From Marsupella aquatica (taxonomy: Eukaryota; Plantae; Marchantiophyta), in the NCBI GenBank assembly GCA_973895155.1, contig OZ316892.1, positions 7,733,251-7,797,250 on the forward strand: a stretch of 64,000 nucleotides of DNA, read 5' to 3'. This document shows positions 1-12,822 of the stretch, piece after piece. Under the pieces are notes generated by a model. The model saw only the letters and a program-made list of their open reading frames with translations. It was not told where the DNA came from and searched no databases. Each line of letters opens with the position of its first letter. The stretch's first letter is position 1. The translations under genes and the position numbers were made by a program.

Positions 1-222
1 TGACCAAATATTACAACTGCGGGACATCCTAAGCACGCCACCAACTCCAGGAATAGAGGCGAACTTTCGTATCTTTTGTTCGAAACCCCTTCCTTGTCTG
101 AGTAGAAGAGGCGACCGATTTAAACTTGTTTCCGACAAAAAATAACCGACCAAGACTTGAGCCATTTATAGGGGGAACATTGACTGCCCTGGGATCTGGG
201 ATACGAGTACAGTAATCTTTCG

Positions 223-3200
223 TCAAGGTCTTTTGATCTTGGAAAAGGTACCTGTTTCAGAGAAGTAGGTGCTTTGAGTGCCACTTCCAAGAAGGGCAGC
301 TTGGGCTTGTGGGTTGGTAAGTTCGATACCCTGCAGACCAAAAACCCAAAGGTGCCATCAATTAAAACATGACCTAGAACATTACATGTCAGAAACTCAT
401 AATAAGTGTCATCAAATGGAATTTATTTAGTTTAAACACGTACCTGGACAGGTGTGAAAGCAAGACTGGAAGTCAGCCCTGAAGTTGCCCCGCTGCTGCC
501 GTACTGCTTTTCTTTAAATCTGACACACAGAAGATTGAAACCCCCATAATTTACTTCACATGATGATAATCTCATTGAAAGATGTTCAAGAGACACGTCC
601 CTAACTACAGATAGATGAGCATAGATGATGATAATCTCAATGAAAGATGTTCAAGGCAAAGATTTCGTCTGTGGAAAGGTAGACAGGAGAAAAGACAAGG
701 CCCTTCAAGGTGGGTTCAAATTCTTACTTCTTTGCCACTTTGGCCGCAAGTTTACTCTGTCCAATTGAGACTCGCAATTTCCCACTTCCAGCTTGCCCAA
801 GCATCCCGTAGCCTTCACCTAGACCATCACCTGGAAACCGAAGAACAATATTTCCTGTTACCTCCTCAAGTAATTCGGATGCAACGACCCACATGCAAAC
901 CACCATTCTACATGGTGAAGCAACTGGAAAAATGGATAAGTTTTGCAGTACTTTACGGTAACTGAGAGGAATTATGCAATACCACGCGGCACATTCTTGG
1001 ATTACAATGTTCGATAAATTTGTAGGTTCCTGCCTCTTTTGCTGTATTGGAGTTTGCTCCCTCCCGCTCGTAAAGTGTTCCATTCAAGACAGAAAAAAAA
1101 GTCCAATTTTATTTTTTCTCTGCAGTAGGCATGAAAGAATACTGATACGATAATAGGTGATCTCGGTTCATTATGAGGAAATCAGATGCCAAGTGTTAAA
1201 ATATATGACGTATGTATGTATTAAGTTACATGCACAAGATACCTCGGGACCGTCAAAATTCCTTGGTTTCTTGGGAGACATGTGGGAACTCAATACCCAG
1301 TAAAAAACTTGAGAGCTTAGAATTACAAACAAAATCACCCATACTAAAATGGCGGAAAACAAAAACAAATTAACCATACCTAGTGAGCTTTCTTCAGGTA
1401 CACCAAACCTCATTCTGTTTGCAAGCTTGCGCATATCAGTCAGGGCGTATCTGCACAGAGGAACAGCACCACAATAAGTAACATCCTGGCGTTTGTAGCT
1501 AGTATAAGCTCAAGTGCGAAGTAGAAAAAACACCACTTTGGAATTTAGATTATAAAACGAAAGAAAACAGTACGCGGACTACCTCTCCTTCATCTTCCTC
1601 AGCCTACGGCCTCCGCGTTTCTTCTTGGGATCTGAGTCAGGAACAGGCAACGGCTTTGGTAGCTTTGGGGGAGGGGGCTCTTGCCACTTCTCTATCTTCT
1701 TTCGTATCTCCTCTCTCAAGTCTCTCCCTGTCTTTCCTGTGGGATCTCCTCTGGTTGAGTCAACTCGGGCACCAAGAGTAGACTTTCCAGCAACTAGACG
1801 ACAGGCTCTTGTTCGTAACGCTGGAGGTGTACTCTGAACAATCTCCGTATGAAAGACAAACCCAGTATGCGGTTGTGCTGTGGCTGTAGAGAAACCAGCC
1901 AGATTTTTCCTCTTTGCTCCTAAGATTTGTACATTGCAAGCTGGCATCTTAGCCAAGGAGGAGAGACCTCCCGCCACACCCATGAGCTTTGCTGCTACTT
2001 CACTTCCAACAATGGCCGATAGGTTTGGGGCAATATAACCCATGCGACTCTCCACAAACTCCTGGACCTTCTTCTTGGCTTCATCAAGAGCCAATGCTCG
2101 GTCACAGGCATCAAGCGTCTTTTCAAGATTCTCATCTGAGAGGGGTCTACCACTTGTTGTGGAGGCCGTCACACTGACCACCATGATAGTCGCTGATGGC
2201 AGAAGACCTTCTAGGTCCACCAAGGTCAGATCCATCTCATTCCCTATCTTCTTCACCACACGTGAGTAATCGATAGGATGGAGGACAAGTGACTCCAATT
2301 CTGGAAACTTGAGCCTATATTTATCACGGATGAAATGATGAATGATAACAATTTCGTTATCCATATCCACTGAAAGAGTATTACAATCAACGATTAGCTG
2401 GTATTCTGGATCATCCTCTGACACCAGGCCTGTTTTAGACTCATCTGAACCTTTTCCGATTGCTTCCTCCACTTTCTGCACAAGCAGTGACAACAGAAGT
2501 ATATCAGCGATTCATTATCATGACAATGTCCAGTTGCGACGTCTCACTGTGCAACTTAATGCTCATGCCTTCACACATGTTAAACGTCTGGTGAGAATTA
2601 TATCAAGACCTTCATTTGCCTTTATTGTCTTAAACATGGCTCACGAGGATGCTGTCCCATTCCATCCTCAACCGCAGCATGATACATAGACTCATCTGTG
2701 GAAACCTCCTATAAGCGCTCTCCACAAATGAGGGGCACCACTTAAAAGCTGTCCAGAGGTGCTGAACTGTCCAGTTGCTTCCTATCTTACTGTCATTCAT
2801 TCCAAGTTTTAGAATAATTCGGAGAATATGCACTAAGAAATACTTCCTGACAACTCAGACCCGATGAATTCATTGCATGAAGTTTGTGCGAGTGATCGAT
2901 AGCCTAGTTTTTTAAAACTGGACAGTTGAATGGAGTTTTCACGTTCCCATCCCGATATTTATCAATGGACCCAAGACCAATCTGACCAGACTCATTACGT
3001 ATCACTTCCACGTGAAAACGAACTCTGCTATCTACTTTTGCCCAAGTTCATGGCTGTCCCAAGTCCCTTAAAGTAGCGAACAACTGAGAGTTGTTACAAA
3101 ACCAACATCTCGATGACAGGAACTCTACTATGTTTGCTTAATACCACGGTATAGATGACGTCCCAACTAGAAGCTGAAGGCGATCCTGGCGCAAGAAGCC

Positions 3201-5856
3201 CTGTAATCCCACCTAAATGAAAGAAAATGGTTGCACTAAGGGGAGATATTTTGCATCTAAAGAAGGAGAAAGTTGCTACCCCTGTCAACCTCCTTCTCAT
3301 TCCAGATCTTTCAAGAAAGCACTGTCGCTTCTGTGTTGGTTTCAAAAGATAGGATGATACATTAAGGTACCACTTGCTCTACTGAGCACGAGCAACCTAA
3401 GCTACCCTCACAATAGTCAACTAACCGTGAAGAGAAAAACATTGGGCCCATGAGTAACTCTTGGAGAAGGTGCAGCATACCAAATGCTCGTCCAGAGCCA
3501 GTTAGTACCTGGAAACACTAATCAGGGAGCACCAGGTCTACGGCGGCCATCCTTCCCTTCATCCATTTCCACAACTAAGGGAAAGACCCAATCCGAGAGG
3601 CGCACAATCCAAGTTCCTCCCTTTGACCTGCATATAAGGCACAGACCCATGCTACAATTGTCAGTTTCCTGTCAACGGTGCATTCTAAGAAGAAGTGGTG
3701 GACGGTGTAAGGCTTCGGCCGGATATTTTCGAGGCTGTGTTCTGTGCCAGAGCTTCATAGACAAGGAAAAGCTGTACACGTTTTGTTAACAACCATTTGC
3801 TCTCGGACGTGCGCAGTGAGGGCAGTCTGGGCTAGAAGGTAATATTGTCACAGAATTGTCTCCCACAAGCGCACCAAAACAGTGCAAAGATGGTGCTAAG
3901 ATCACTCCACGTACATAGGTGTCATCATCTCCCGTCTTCACAATAAAAACGGTCCCCATAGACTCAGGTTCTATAGGATTCAATTACTCGCAGATAGGTG
4001 AAGTTCGGAAGTACAGTCCTCCCTCAACTTCCGTAATCGGTGGGAAAACAACAGAAAAATCATTCAGTGTTATGCTACCAGTCGAGATCTTGTTGCTTAT
4101 CCAAAACGCTGCTTAAATAGCTGCTTTCTGGCGATGGAGCGTGCTGAGATCTAGACCAAAATAAGACATGCGGATGACCATTCCACATCAGATATTCGTT
4201 TACCAATCGGGCTTCAGTAAACCATAATCTGTTTCCCAGGAAACTCTTTCTAAAGTACAGTAACTACAAGCCTCTCTGTGTAAACGAAGGAGATAAGCAA
4301 ATCTGGTAATACCCGCGACATAATTTATAACCGTCATTCTTTCATTGATGTATTCTTAAACTTTACAGTTGCCTGAACATAAATCACCCCTGCTGCAATA
4401 GGCAGAATTCAGATAGACTGTAAGGGGTGTTCACTCCTTGAATGAAAAGTCCTTCCTAGAAGTTATGTGTGCTAGAATGGAAGTGTCAGTCACATCAAAT
4501 TCTATTGCAACGGAACTTGTTACCGCACTGCTCTGTCGTCTAGTGTTAGGTTGTGTCCATGCCTAAGTGCCCCGGACAATCCTGCCCATGTTTTTACTCC
4601 ATCCACAAAGGCTCTCACTGGAGTCGATCACACCCAACCCACGTATTTGCAGATAATGAATGATGCACGACCGACAGTTCCTCACGTCGTCTATGGATAC
4701 GCGCACAAGCACATGAGAAAAACAATACTCTCTTGGACAACTGGAAACACAAATTTGGAGAAATCCCAGATTTTTAAAGTCAACAATTGAATTGCAAAGT
4801 TATAGACAAGGACTAGGTGACTCAATATGACAAGATGATCACCTTCATAATATCAAAGAAGCGGGCACTCTTCTGTAACTTAGCAACAGAGTCCAAATCG
4901 TCATAGTTGAGAGCTTCCACGTCCTCCATTTCATCGTCCAGGTCGGCAACATCTTCACCTTCATCTGCTTCTTCCTGGCAGTCCCAAGGAGGTCACCCAG
5001 ATTATACATATGGCAAGGTCGAATGTAATTCCAGGTCTAGCTTGGAGAACCAGGGAGAAGTTAAGGTAGGGGAAAAGAAATGCTTAAAACAATGAGGCAT
5101 CAACCACATACCTCGGGTGGTGCGTCGTTGTCCGACAGGTCCTCGAGATCGGCCAAAAATGAATCTGCCAATGTCGCCTACAGCAGACAGCAAGGAAATA
5201 CTTCAGCATTAATAGAGCCCATGAGAACCCTATTCCTACTCCTATTGTAAAAATCGTTCTTTCGCAGAAACATTTGTCCCAATACGATAGCCCTAACCCT
5301 AACGAGAAAAGCCCTACACAGATAAACAATATCAGCCAGCGATGCCAACGTATTCAAGAAATGTTGGGCTCATAAGGTTCCCATGTGCCGCTAGGTGAGC
5401 AAAATATTTCAAGAGCTCTTGTCCAAAACCCTAATCTCAAGTTCGTATCATGTTCAACATTTGCTAAAACATTCGGTGCCTAGGATGTAAAAATGAACTT
5501 CACTCTCTTACCGTCATCAACTTCACAACGCCAGCACGACGGCAACAAAAAAACACTGAGAGCCCTCAAATTCCCAGCGAGAATCAAGAAAGGACAACAA
5601 AGTGCTCTACAGACGAACGAGTGCGGGGAAGCATCATACAGACCCACAATCGTAATCATAAATTCAAACAAGAACGGAATCCACCTCCGTCGGGCTACCT
5701 TGTAGCTCGACGATAAAGGGTTTGCCATGTTTGGGAAAAGCACAAGACAGAACCGCAATCGTAAACGTAATTTCAAACAAGGGCGACTGAACACAAAGCA
5801 ATTAAGCTGAGTCCCGTCCACAGTACCTTGTAACTCGAGGACAAAGGGTTCGCCAT
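223..5856 (-). CDS. PRP31: U4/U6.U5 tri-snRNP protein Prp31, 8 coding exons: 5856-5827 (or duplicate 5728-5699), 5177-5112, 4974-4843, 2475-1583, 1450-1380, 830-728, 519-444, 330-223
   Basis: The exons join in frame through GT-AG introns. They give ATLADSFLADLEDLSD, a Nop domain (KFPELESLV, APNLSAIVGSEVAAKLMGVAGGLSSLAKMPACNVQILG, ARVD), KKKRGGRRLRKMKERY, RKLANRMRFG and C-terminal SSLAFTPVQGIEL...GTFSKIKRP*, with TGA at 223-225. Confidence 0.96.
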
Positions 5857-6138
5857 CTTGGCTAGCTGGCGGAGTGGTCGGAGGGGTCAGATTGACGACG
5901 AGACAGACAGATTGGAGCAGATTCGAAAGTACCTCGAGCGAACGCCAAACAAAGTGGAGGAATGTTTTGTAACAAAGATCGAGAAATGTATCGCGAGCGA
6001 AATTTGGAGTGAAGGAATTTTGAAGTGTAGGGAATTTTGTTCACGAAGCAAGGAGGTGCTAATACACCAGTTATGAGGCTCGGTTCCATGCGCAAATCGC
6101 CCACCCCCACCCCCAGTTTGACCCCCAAACACCTTGTG

Positions 6139-6938
6139 TTAAATCTACAACATGTTAATGTTCCCCCATTTTCCTGGGGTCCCCGTACACTGCTCGTTCC
6201 AGTCCCTGATGGTGCTGCCCGCCCTAGCCGAGTTTGCCAAAACATAAACCAAGACTCTGTCGTTTTGTCATGCGCTTCAGCCCAATTAGCTTGGTGTTAT
6301 CGGCTTTAGGTTTATGTTCTGGCACCCTTCACTTGTTGTCACTCTCTCCGGCTTAGGTCGTCGATGTTGTTGCACTGCTCAGGCCCAAGTTTGCCAGAAC
6401 GTAAAACCAAGACTATCATTAATCATGACTCTCATTCAAAGTACTGAGCTTTGCCTGAACATTTAGATTATTACTAAGTAGGCATGACTCCATGATTGGA
6501 AAGAAGTGTTGCCAAAACATACATCAGGCCTCCATAGAGAAGAAGCATTTCAATTGGCATAACATTAACTGAGACTATCAATCATGACTCTTAATCATAG
6601 CACTAGGCCCTCCAACACATTGACTTTGTTACAAAGCAAGCATAACTCTATTGGAGAGAAGTGTTGCCAGAACAAAATCATGAGTCCACAAGGAAGAAAT
6701 TGATGGCACAAAGCTGAGCGGGCTGGAGCAGGCGACAACAAGTGAAAGGTGCCAAAACATGGACCTGAAGTCGATTGCACAAAGTTGATCGGGCCAGAGC
6801 TAGCGAGTGACAAAATGGTAGAGTCTTGGTTTATGTTTGGCAAACTTGGGTTGGAGTGGGCAGCAGCATCGGGGACGGGGACGGGCAGTGTATGGGGCCC
6901 CAGGAAAATGGGGGAGTATTAACGCATTGTAGATTTAA
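6139..6938. mobile_element. Non-autonomous foldback/MITE-like element with about 220-bp imperfect terminal inverted repeats, about 280 bp upstream of the PRP31 ATG
   Basis: 6139-6355 (TTAAATCTACAA...CCCCATTTTCCTGGGG...AACATAAACCAAGACTCT...TTCACTTGTTGTC) is the reverse complement, with transitions, of about 6720-6938. The TSD is not resolved; both ends read TTAA. Confidence 0.75.
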
Positions 6939-6954
6939 TGCGTGGTCCCGAGAC

Positions 6955-7650
6955 AATCATGTCAATGATTAGAGATGACCATAAAGTTAAAGGGCAAAAC
7001 TTGTATTGTAAACTCTGTTTAGAGCATCACCACCAGTGCTCGTTTTCAGGCCCGTTTCCATGTGCAAGTCCCCACCCCCTCCCAAGTCCGACCCCATACA
7101 TGTCCATGATTAGAGATGGCCCTAAAGTTAAAAGGGCCAAACTTGTCTTAGAAACTCGTTTAGAGTATCTCCACCTGTGCTCCTTTTCAGACCTGGTTCT
7201 ATCCTCGGGGCCTCACATCAAGGGAGATCCCATATCACGCGCGAAATTTTTAAGTAAGAAACACCCTAAAACATAAGAAATAAAGTAGATTTTTACTATT
7301 TTTAACCCCTAACTTTATAGAATATTCTAGGAATATATATTCTCACATTTGGTATTAAAAAACCCCTATAGTTCTTATAATTCTCAAAATTAGATTAAAA
7401 CACCCCTATATTTCTTCAACAAAATTTGTAAAGTCCTCCGCTCAATTGAACTAAAAAACCCTAACTGCTTTGCGCGCGATGGGTTGGAAGAAAAGAAGTG
7501 AGGACCCTTGGGTTCCATCCATGTTCAAGTCCACCAGCCCTAGTCTGACCCCAAATACGTCCATGATTAGAGATGCCTAGAGTTAAAAGGCAAAACTCTT
7601 GGCATAAACTCTGGTTAGAGGATCTTAACCAGTGACTGTTCCTTTTCACC
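6955..7650. repeat. About 3 degenerate tandem units of about 140 bp, one interrupted by the MITE at 7204-7511
   Basis: ATGATTAGAGATG...AAAGTTAAA...CAAAACT...TTAGAG...TTTTCA recurs at about 6965, 7106 and 7563. Confidence 0.7.
7204..7511 (+). mobile_element. Older, degenerate MITE of the P-like (CTCGGGG-ended) family
   Basis: Left end CTCGGGGCCTCAC, right end GAAGTGAGGACCCTTGG. The flanks GTTCTATC / GTTCCATC match at 7 of 8 bases (TSD). The interior resembles the MITEs at 36699 and 49489, and removing it restores the flanking tandem unit. Confidence 0.65.
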
Positions 7651-8395
7651 CACTAACCGCCAAATGAATCAACCCGCCCCCCCAACAAGATGGAGAGAAC
7701 CTTTGGGCAATTGCTGCCCCCATCAGTAACCTGTATCTCCAAACATGTAGAAGTTGGCTTTGAGATCCAAACTGTTGACCACCAGTTTTAGTAAGAAAGA
7801 CGATTGCCAAACCAGTTCATTGTTCAAACTCCATTCTCATCAACAACAGAAACTCCATTTATACACTTGAAGGTAAAAATGATGATTTGAGGAATGGAGG
7901 TGAGTTTGGGACTTTGGTGGGGTTGTGGACTATTGATACCAACATTCCCATCTCAATGGTCACAAATGTACCTCCCATTTCTTACCTAAACCCTTCTATT
8001 TCTTGGGGAGCATAGAGCATGAACCACCAAACCGGTGGAGATGCTCTTTAGGGCAATTAAGAGTGGCTTTACAAGAACAACCAGACAACAAGTAACCAGT
8101 CACTTCCAAGATTTTACTTTCAGATTTCATTCAACTATTCAGTTCAAATGATCTGGCAAGGTTGGCTTGACATTTGCATCTAACTTTTTCACATCAGAAA
8201 CTATAATAACATGTTGCGCCTTTTTATGCAGTGGTCGTCATTCAAATTTGGAATGGTTTTTTGGGTGGAAAAAACAAAAACTGCAAAAAGTGGAAAGATT
8301 AAAGAAAAAGTGATTAATATTTGGTGTGAATGAAAAAGTAGATGCTAGCTTTTCCAAGCTAGAAGAAAAAAGACAAAATCTTCTATACAAAGTGC

Positions 8396-9305
8396 TATCC
8401 CTCTACTATCCATGTTATACCATACTACTCCCTTAACCATCCATGCTATACCCTGCTCCTCCCTCTACCATCCATGCTATATGATGGTTCTCCCTCAACC
8501 ATTCATGCTATACCATGGTCCTCCCTCAACCATCCATGCTATACCATGTTTTCCCTCTACCATCCATGTTATACCATGCATGCTACACCCTGGGCCCCCA
8601 CTCCCAGTAAAAAATCTCTACCCCCTGTGAACGGACCCCCCTCTAGTACCCCTTGTTATTATTTTTGAAACAATAAAAATTTGCCTTCTTATTTAGAAAA
8701 AAACACATTTTGACAATACTTAATATCCTTGATATAATTATAAAGTCCAGATTTGAGGATTTTTATATAGGCTTCATTAGTTACATTTTCTTTGTTCAAA
8801 GATCTTCCCTCCCTCGGATCCAATGGCCAGGGATTTTCCCCATGTGTTTCCTCATAGGGCAGTTCAAAAAACTCACCCTAAACCCCTCAACATACCCTAC
8901 CCTAAACCCCACAACCCCGCCCACAACTTACACCGTCATACCAAAAGGCATAGACATGTGTACCTATTAGATGATGCCATGTGTACCACTAAGATGATGC
9001 CGTGTGACAGAGATGATTTTATACGGTCCCCTTCCCAAAAACAAATGGGAGCGGAATATCAAGTGTTCTTCCTTATTTGGAAAGTGAATGGTGACCCATT
9101 TGTATAAAAGAGTGGGTTCCTTAGTTACAAGCCAATTCTAAAAATTATTTCAATATGAATTAAACTGACCCTTGAATCGTTCTCACGTCCGACCCGTTTT
9201 ACCTAAGAGTGGGGGCCCAGGGATGCTACACCATGCAGCGCTCTTCCTTCTACCATCCATGCAATACCATGTTCCTCTAAGTACTACCATCCATGCTATA
9301 TCATT
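8396..9305. repeat. About 31-bp minisatellite (CCCTCTACCATCCATGCTATACCATG-like) split by the element at 8588-9222
   Basis: About 6 units at 8396-8587 and about 2 units at 9240-9305. Confidence 0.8.
8588..9222. mobile_element. 635-bp non-autonomous TIR element with 8-bp TSD
   Basis: Perfect 16-bp TIR CCCTGGGCCCCCACTC / GAGTGGGGGCCCAGGG. Perfect TSD ATGCTACA at 8580-8587 and 9223-9230. Confidence 0.9.
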
Positions 9306-10229
9306 CATGCATACAAGTGCTGTATAATGATAGCAGTTTAGTCTGTTGCAAAATAATGTTAGATAGTCAATAATTTAGTGCACAATCTAATCAATGAGAG
9401 AAAGAGGAGATTAAAAAAAAGTGAAAGAAGGGAACCAAAAGAAAAAGAGGGGGGGGTGAGCGGGGTGGTCGTTAAGCTTTGAAAGGGAAAAACTGATAAA
9501 AATAAAGTAAAAAATCATTCTCACTTTGTTATACTTTGGTAGTCGATGTCATCTCTTTGGAGTCATGATGGTATCTTTTACTCAATGGCATTTTTCATGC
9601 AATGAGATCTTTACGGGACCCCACTAGAGGTCCCTTCCAAAATTCCTGGTACCAGAGCGTGCCATGTCAACAACAACCGCAACAAACAAGACTCGTCGGT
9701 TTTGTGTTCAAATCAAACTTATACTTTTCATTTGTGTTTGTGTCAATTTGGGTGTAAATTTTGGGACGCCGTGCCGTAAAAAGGAAAGTAAAATAATTAG
9801 AAATGCAAAGAGCAAGACGGTTAAAACTGTCACTATGTAACCATTTTAGTTACATTTCCAAGTTTAAAACTTAAATTTAAAGATTTATAAAAATTTAATT
9901 CATATAATAAATAATTGCTAATAACTAACTTGATAACTTACTTGTTAAAGGGTAATTGACACCTGGAGTAAGATTTCCGGCCCAATGCAATTAAGGTAAA
10001 CTTCTAGCCATAGTCCGAACTTGAACTCAACTGATACAATTCATTTGATTAGACATTCATCTAATTGCAAATGGACTTGTCATAAATTGAATTCTGACTC
10101 TCGTAGCTTGAGAATTTGGTAGCATGTAGCGAAATTAAAGGCCTGATTTTGACAATTGCTTGTGATAACCATGTTGTCAATTAGCCAAGGGGTCCACGAA
10201 CTAATTTAACAAATAAAATCTTTTACTCA

Positions 10230-10482
10230 AGCTATCTTGTGCACCCTAATTTTTCTCAACTACATCTTTAGCACAAGGTCATCTATTTACACATCGACAT
10301 CTTTTCATGAACAATACATTTTAGTAAATTACATGTAACAACATCTTTTGAGCAACCACATATCTTACTTAATGACATCTTTTGAGCAACCACACATTTT
10401 ACTTAACGACATTTTTTGCACAATGACATCTTTTGCACAACGACATATTTTACTTAACAACATTTTTTGAGCAACTACATAT
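10230..10482 (+). mobile_element. Left part of a Helitron-like non-autonomous element (ACATCTTTT-rich array) interrupted by the Sola1 element; 5-prime end not located
   Basis: Units such as GACATCTTTTGAGCAACCACATATTTTACTTAAC continue directly at 33625 after the insertion. Confidence 0.6.
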
Positions 10483-11350
10483 AACACTAATTTAAACAAT
10501 AGTGTAATGTTTTATTTCCAGAAATTCCCAAATGCATTTATATATTATATTAATATATTATATTAATATTTAATTTAATTTAATATAATTATAAACAACA
10601 ATTTACTTAACTTTCATTTCAGTCTTTTGGTAGCAGTCCCGAAAAGCTTCCAAATATCATTTCTGGGCATAAGATTTAGTCAGATTCGTGCTAATTAAAG
10701 ATATTGAATCCTGGTTGGACCTTGCCCAGGCATGAAATTGTGCAAAAAACGCCCTCAGAAACGTCAAGCAGGCAACCTTATTGGGGAGTTGTCCTCGCCG
10801 GAATGGGTTTGGGAGCAGTTTGGGCTGGGTCTGGGCCACGATCGAGGGAGGGTCGGGAGCCGTTCAAGAGCTCTTCGGGAGTTTGGGAAGGATCCAAGGA
10901 AGTCTGAGGGATAATTAGGGAATATACCTCAATTGGTTGTTTTGTGTTTACGTGCCCGCCAATTAGTGAACTTGTCGCTTAAATGACCAATGCAACCTCT
11001 TTTATCACACTTATGTTTAAATTTTACTTTCTTTGCGCACACATTCAATTTGGTGCAACAAATATAATAACAAATTTACTAACACAGATACTGAAAAGAC
11101 AGAATTGAAACAAACATAGATTTGAGAATAGAATTACAAAAATAGTCAAAATATTATTTTATTTTAATCAAACAGTACATTGTGCATCTAAGAGCGAGCT
11201 AAAATCCACTCCTCTATAAAGTAAGCTACTTTCTACTTGTAACTAAGTATGGGCTCTAAATTTTGTGACATGATCTACGTTTCCCTTCCTTTGAAATACC
11301 GGACAAGATTTCCATTTCTTCTTATTTGTCTCCCAAGCTACATGTAAAGA

Positions 11351-11926
11351 CTATAGGGACCAATCCGGATAATAGTCTTCAATATAATGAAACGAATTCT
11401 CAAACTTGTAAAATCGAGAAAGATAAGGAATAAGTTGAGTTCTCAAAAATCTATCATCTTCATCTCCATGATATGGAGAAGGATATAAAGATGACCAAAA
11501 AGGGTTGCAAAATGTATTATCTGGCAAATCTAAAAGTGTCACGTTTTCTCTAATTATATGTGGCATCTTAAGGTACACAGTTTCAAGTAGTTTCAAATAA
11601 ACAAAGTCTTGGTTCGCATCGAGACCGATTCTCGATAATTTTTCTTTCCCAAAGGAAAACCTGAGGGTACTCCTTTCACTGTCGCTTAGTAATACTGCCA
11701 GGTATTTTGTCAGTATTTTTATTGACATCCGTGACCATATTCCTACACTAAAATTCTCAAAACAAAATTTCACAAACTGGCGGAAAAATGGTCTTGTACA
11801 TATTGTAACATTGTCCACCGCGATGAATCTCGACTTGTTGGTCTTCGATGATACCTCACAAGGATAATAAAGAAATGCATCCATATCAAGTACAAGCAAT
11901 CTTGTACCTTTAAAATATTTCACCAC
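11351..11926 (-). CDS. FCP1/SCP (NIF-type HAD) phosphatase-like domain, probably degenerate; transposon cargo
   Basis: Motifs LLVLDMDAFL (DxDx(T/V) with the Thr lost), RPFFRQFVKFCFENFSVGIWS, YLKLL, TLLDLP and DDRFL...LIPYL. An acceptor TTTGGTACAG precedes VVKYF. Confidence 0.7.
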   Translation of the reverse strand: MVKYFKGTRLLVLDMDAFLYYPCEVSSKTNKSRFIAVDNVTICTRPFFRQFVKFCFENFSVGIWSRMSIKILTKYLAVLLSDSERSTLRFSFGKEKLSRIGLDANQDFVYLKLLETVYLKMPHIIRENVTLLDLPDNTFCNPFWSSLYPSPYHGDEDDRFLRTQLIPYLSRFYKFENSFHYIEDYYPDWSL

Positions 11927-12047
11927 CTGTACCAAATAAAACAAAACATCACTCACATAATTATGTAACAACCCATATTTATGATGTCAATTTCATTAAA
12001 CATTTCACTTGGGAATGTATTATAAAATGAAGTCTGACCATAATAGC

Positions 12048-12735
12048 CTAACTAATATTTTTACGCATTAATTGGAGAACTACTTCACGTCTACTTTCAC
12101 TTCGACTACTCCAATGAAACAAATATGGTTTTCCTAAACTTTCACAATATCCGAACATAATTACAAACATTCCGCAATTATAGGAATCCTCCTGTTTCGG
12201 AATATCTTTTGGAAAGGATCGGCTCCAACCATTAATATCAGAAGAAGCTAATCCTTTATCTTTCGCTTTGTCTAAAATATACTGCCACAAATTGTCTAGG
12301 ACTTTAGAACCTGCATTATGAAAGGAGTCTAAATATTTCAAACTATTTTTCTTGAAGTCAATGACAGCAAGACTCCAATGAGAATTTTGGAGAATTGGTA
12401 CAAAAACTTTCTCACAGTCGAACAAGCTATATCCTAGTCTTGAGGACCATCTTGATATGCACGGACTATAACAATATCCGTTCTTGGTGAGTTCACCATA
12501 AAACCATGTGTTGAAAAAATGACATCTTGAAGATATCTTTTTTTTCTTTAGTAAAATGAAGTATCCATTAATAATATCCGAAGCCAGCCAGTATCGTGGA
12601 CGGAGAGATTTCATAACGTTACAAGTGATGTCGATGTCATCGATAGTGGTCAAAACCTCTCTATCATCCAAGGATAGACTGAGGCAATTGTCTATCAACC
12701 TCTTGCTACTTGCAGATAATGTAAGAGGCATTATC
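12048..12735 (-). CDS. Ulp1/SENP (peptidase C48) SUMO protease domain, spliced to the upstream charged exon (intron about 12736-12822); transposon cargo
   Basis: Motifs SLRPRYWLASDIINGY, FFNTWFY, KVFVPILQNSHWSLAVID, KYLDS and PKQEDSYNCGMF. The His, Asp and Cys triad and the oxyanion Gln are all present. Confidence 0.9.
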
Positions 12736-12822
12736 TGCAAAATCAAAGTTTAATTTAGCAACCTATTCGTTCAAGAAAAGTTGAAACCGCCTAAAGCTTC
12801 ACTAAAATTATAGAAATTGTAC

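Noticed and set aside
560-655. 31-bp direct repeat in a PRP31 intron
   Set aside because: It is a simple local duplication with no snoRNA or TE hallmarks I could support.
2476-4842. Short ORFs inside the long PRP31 intron
   Set aside because: They have no recognisable domains or consistent splice structure.
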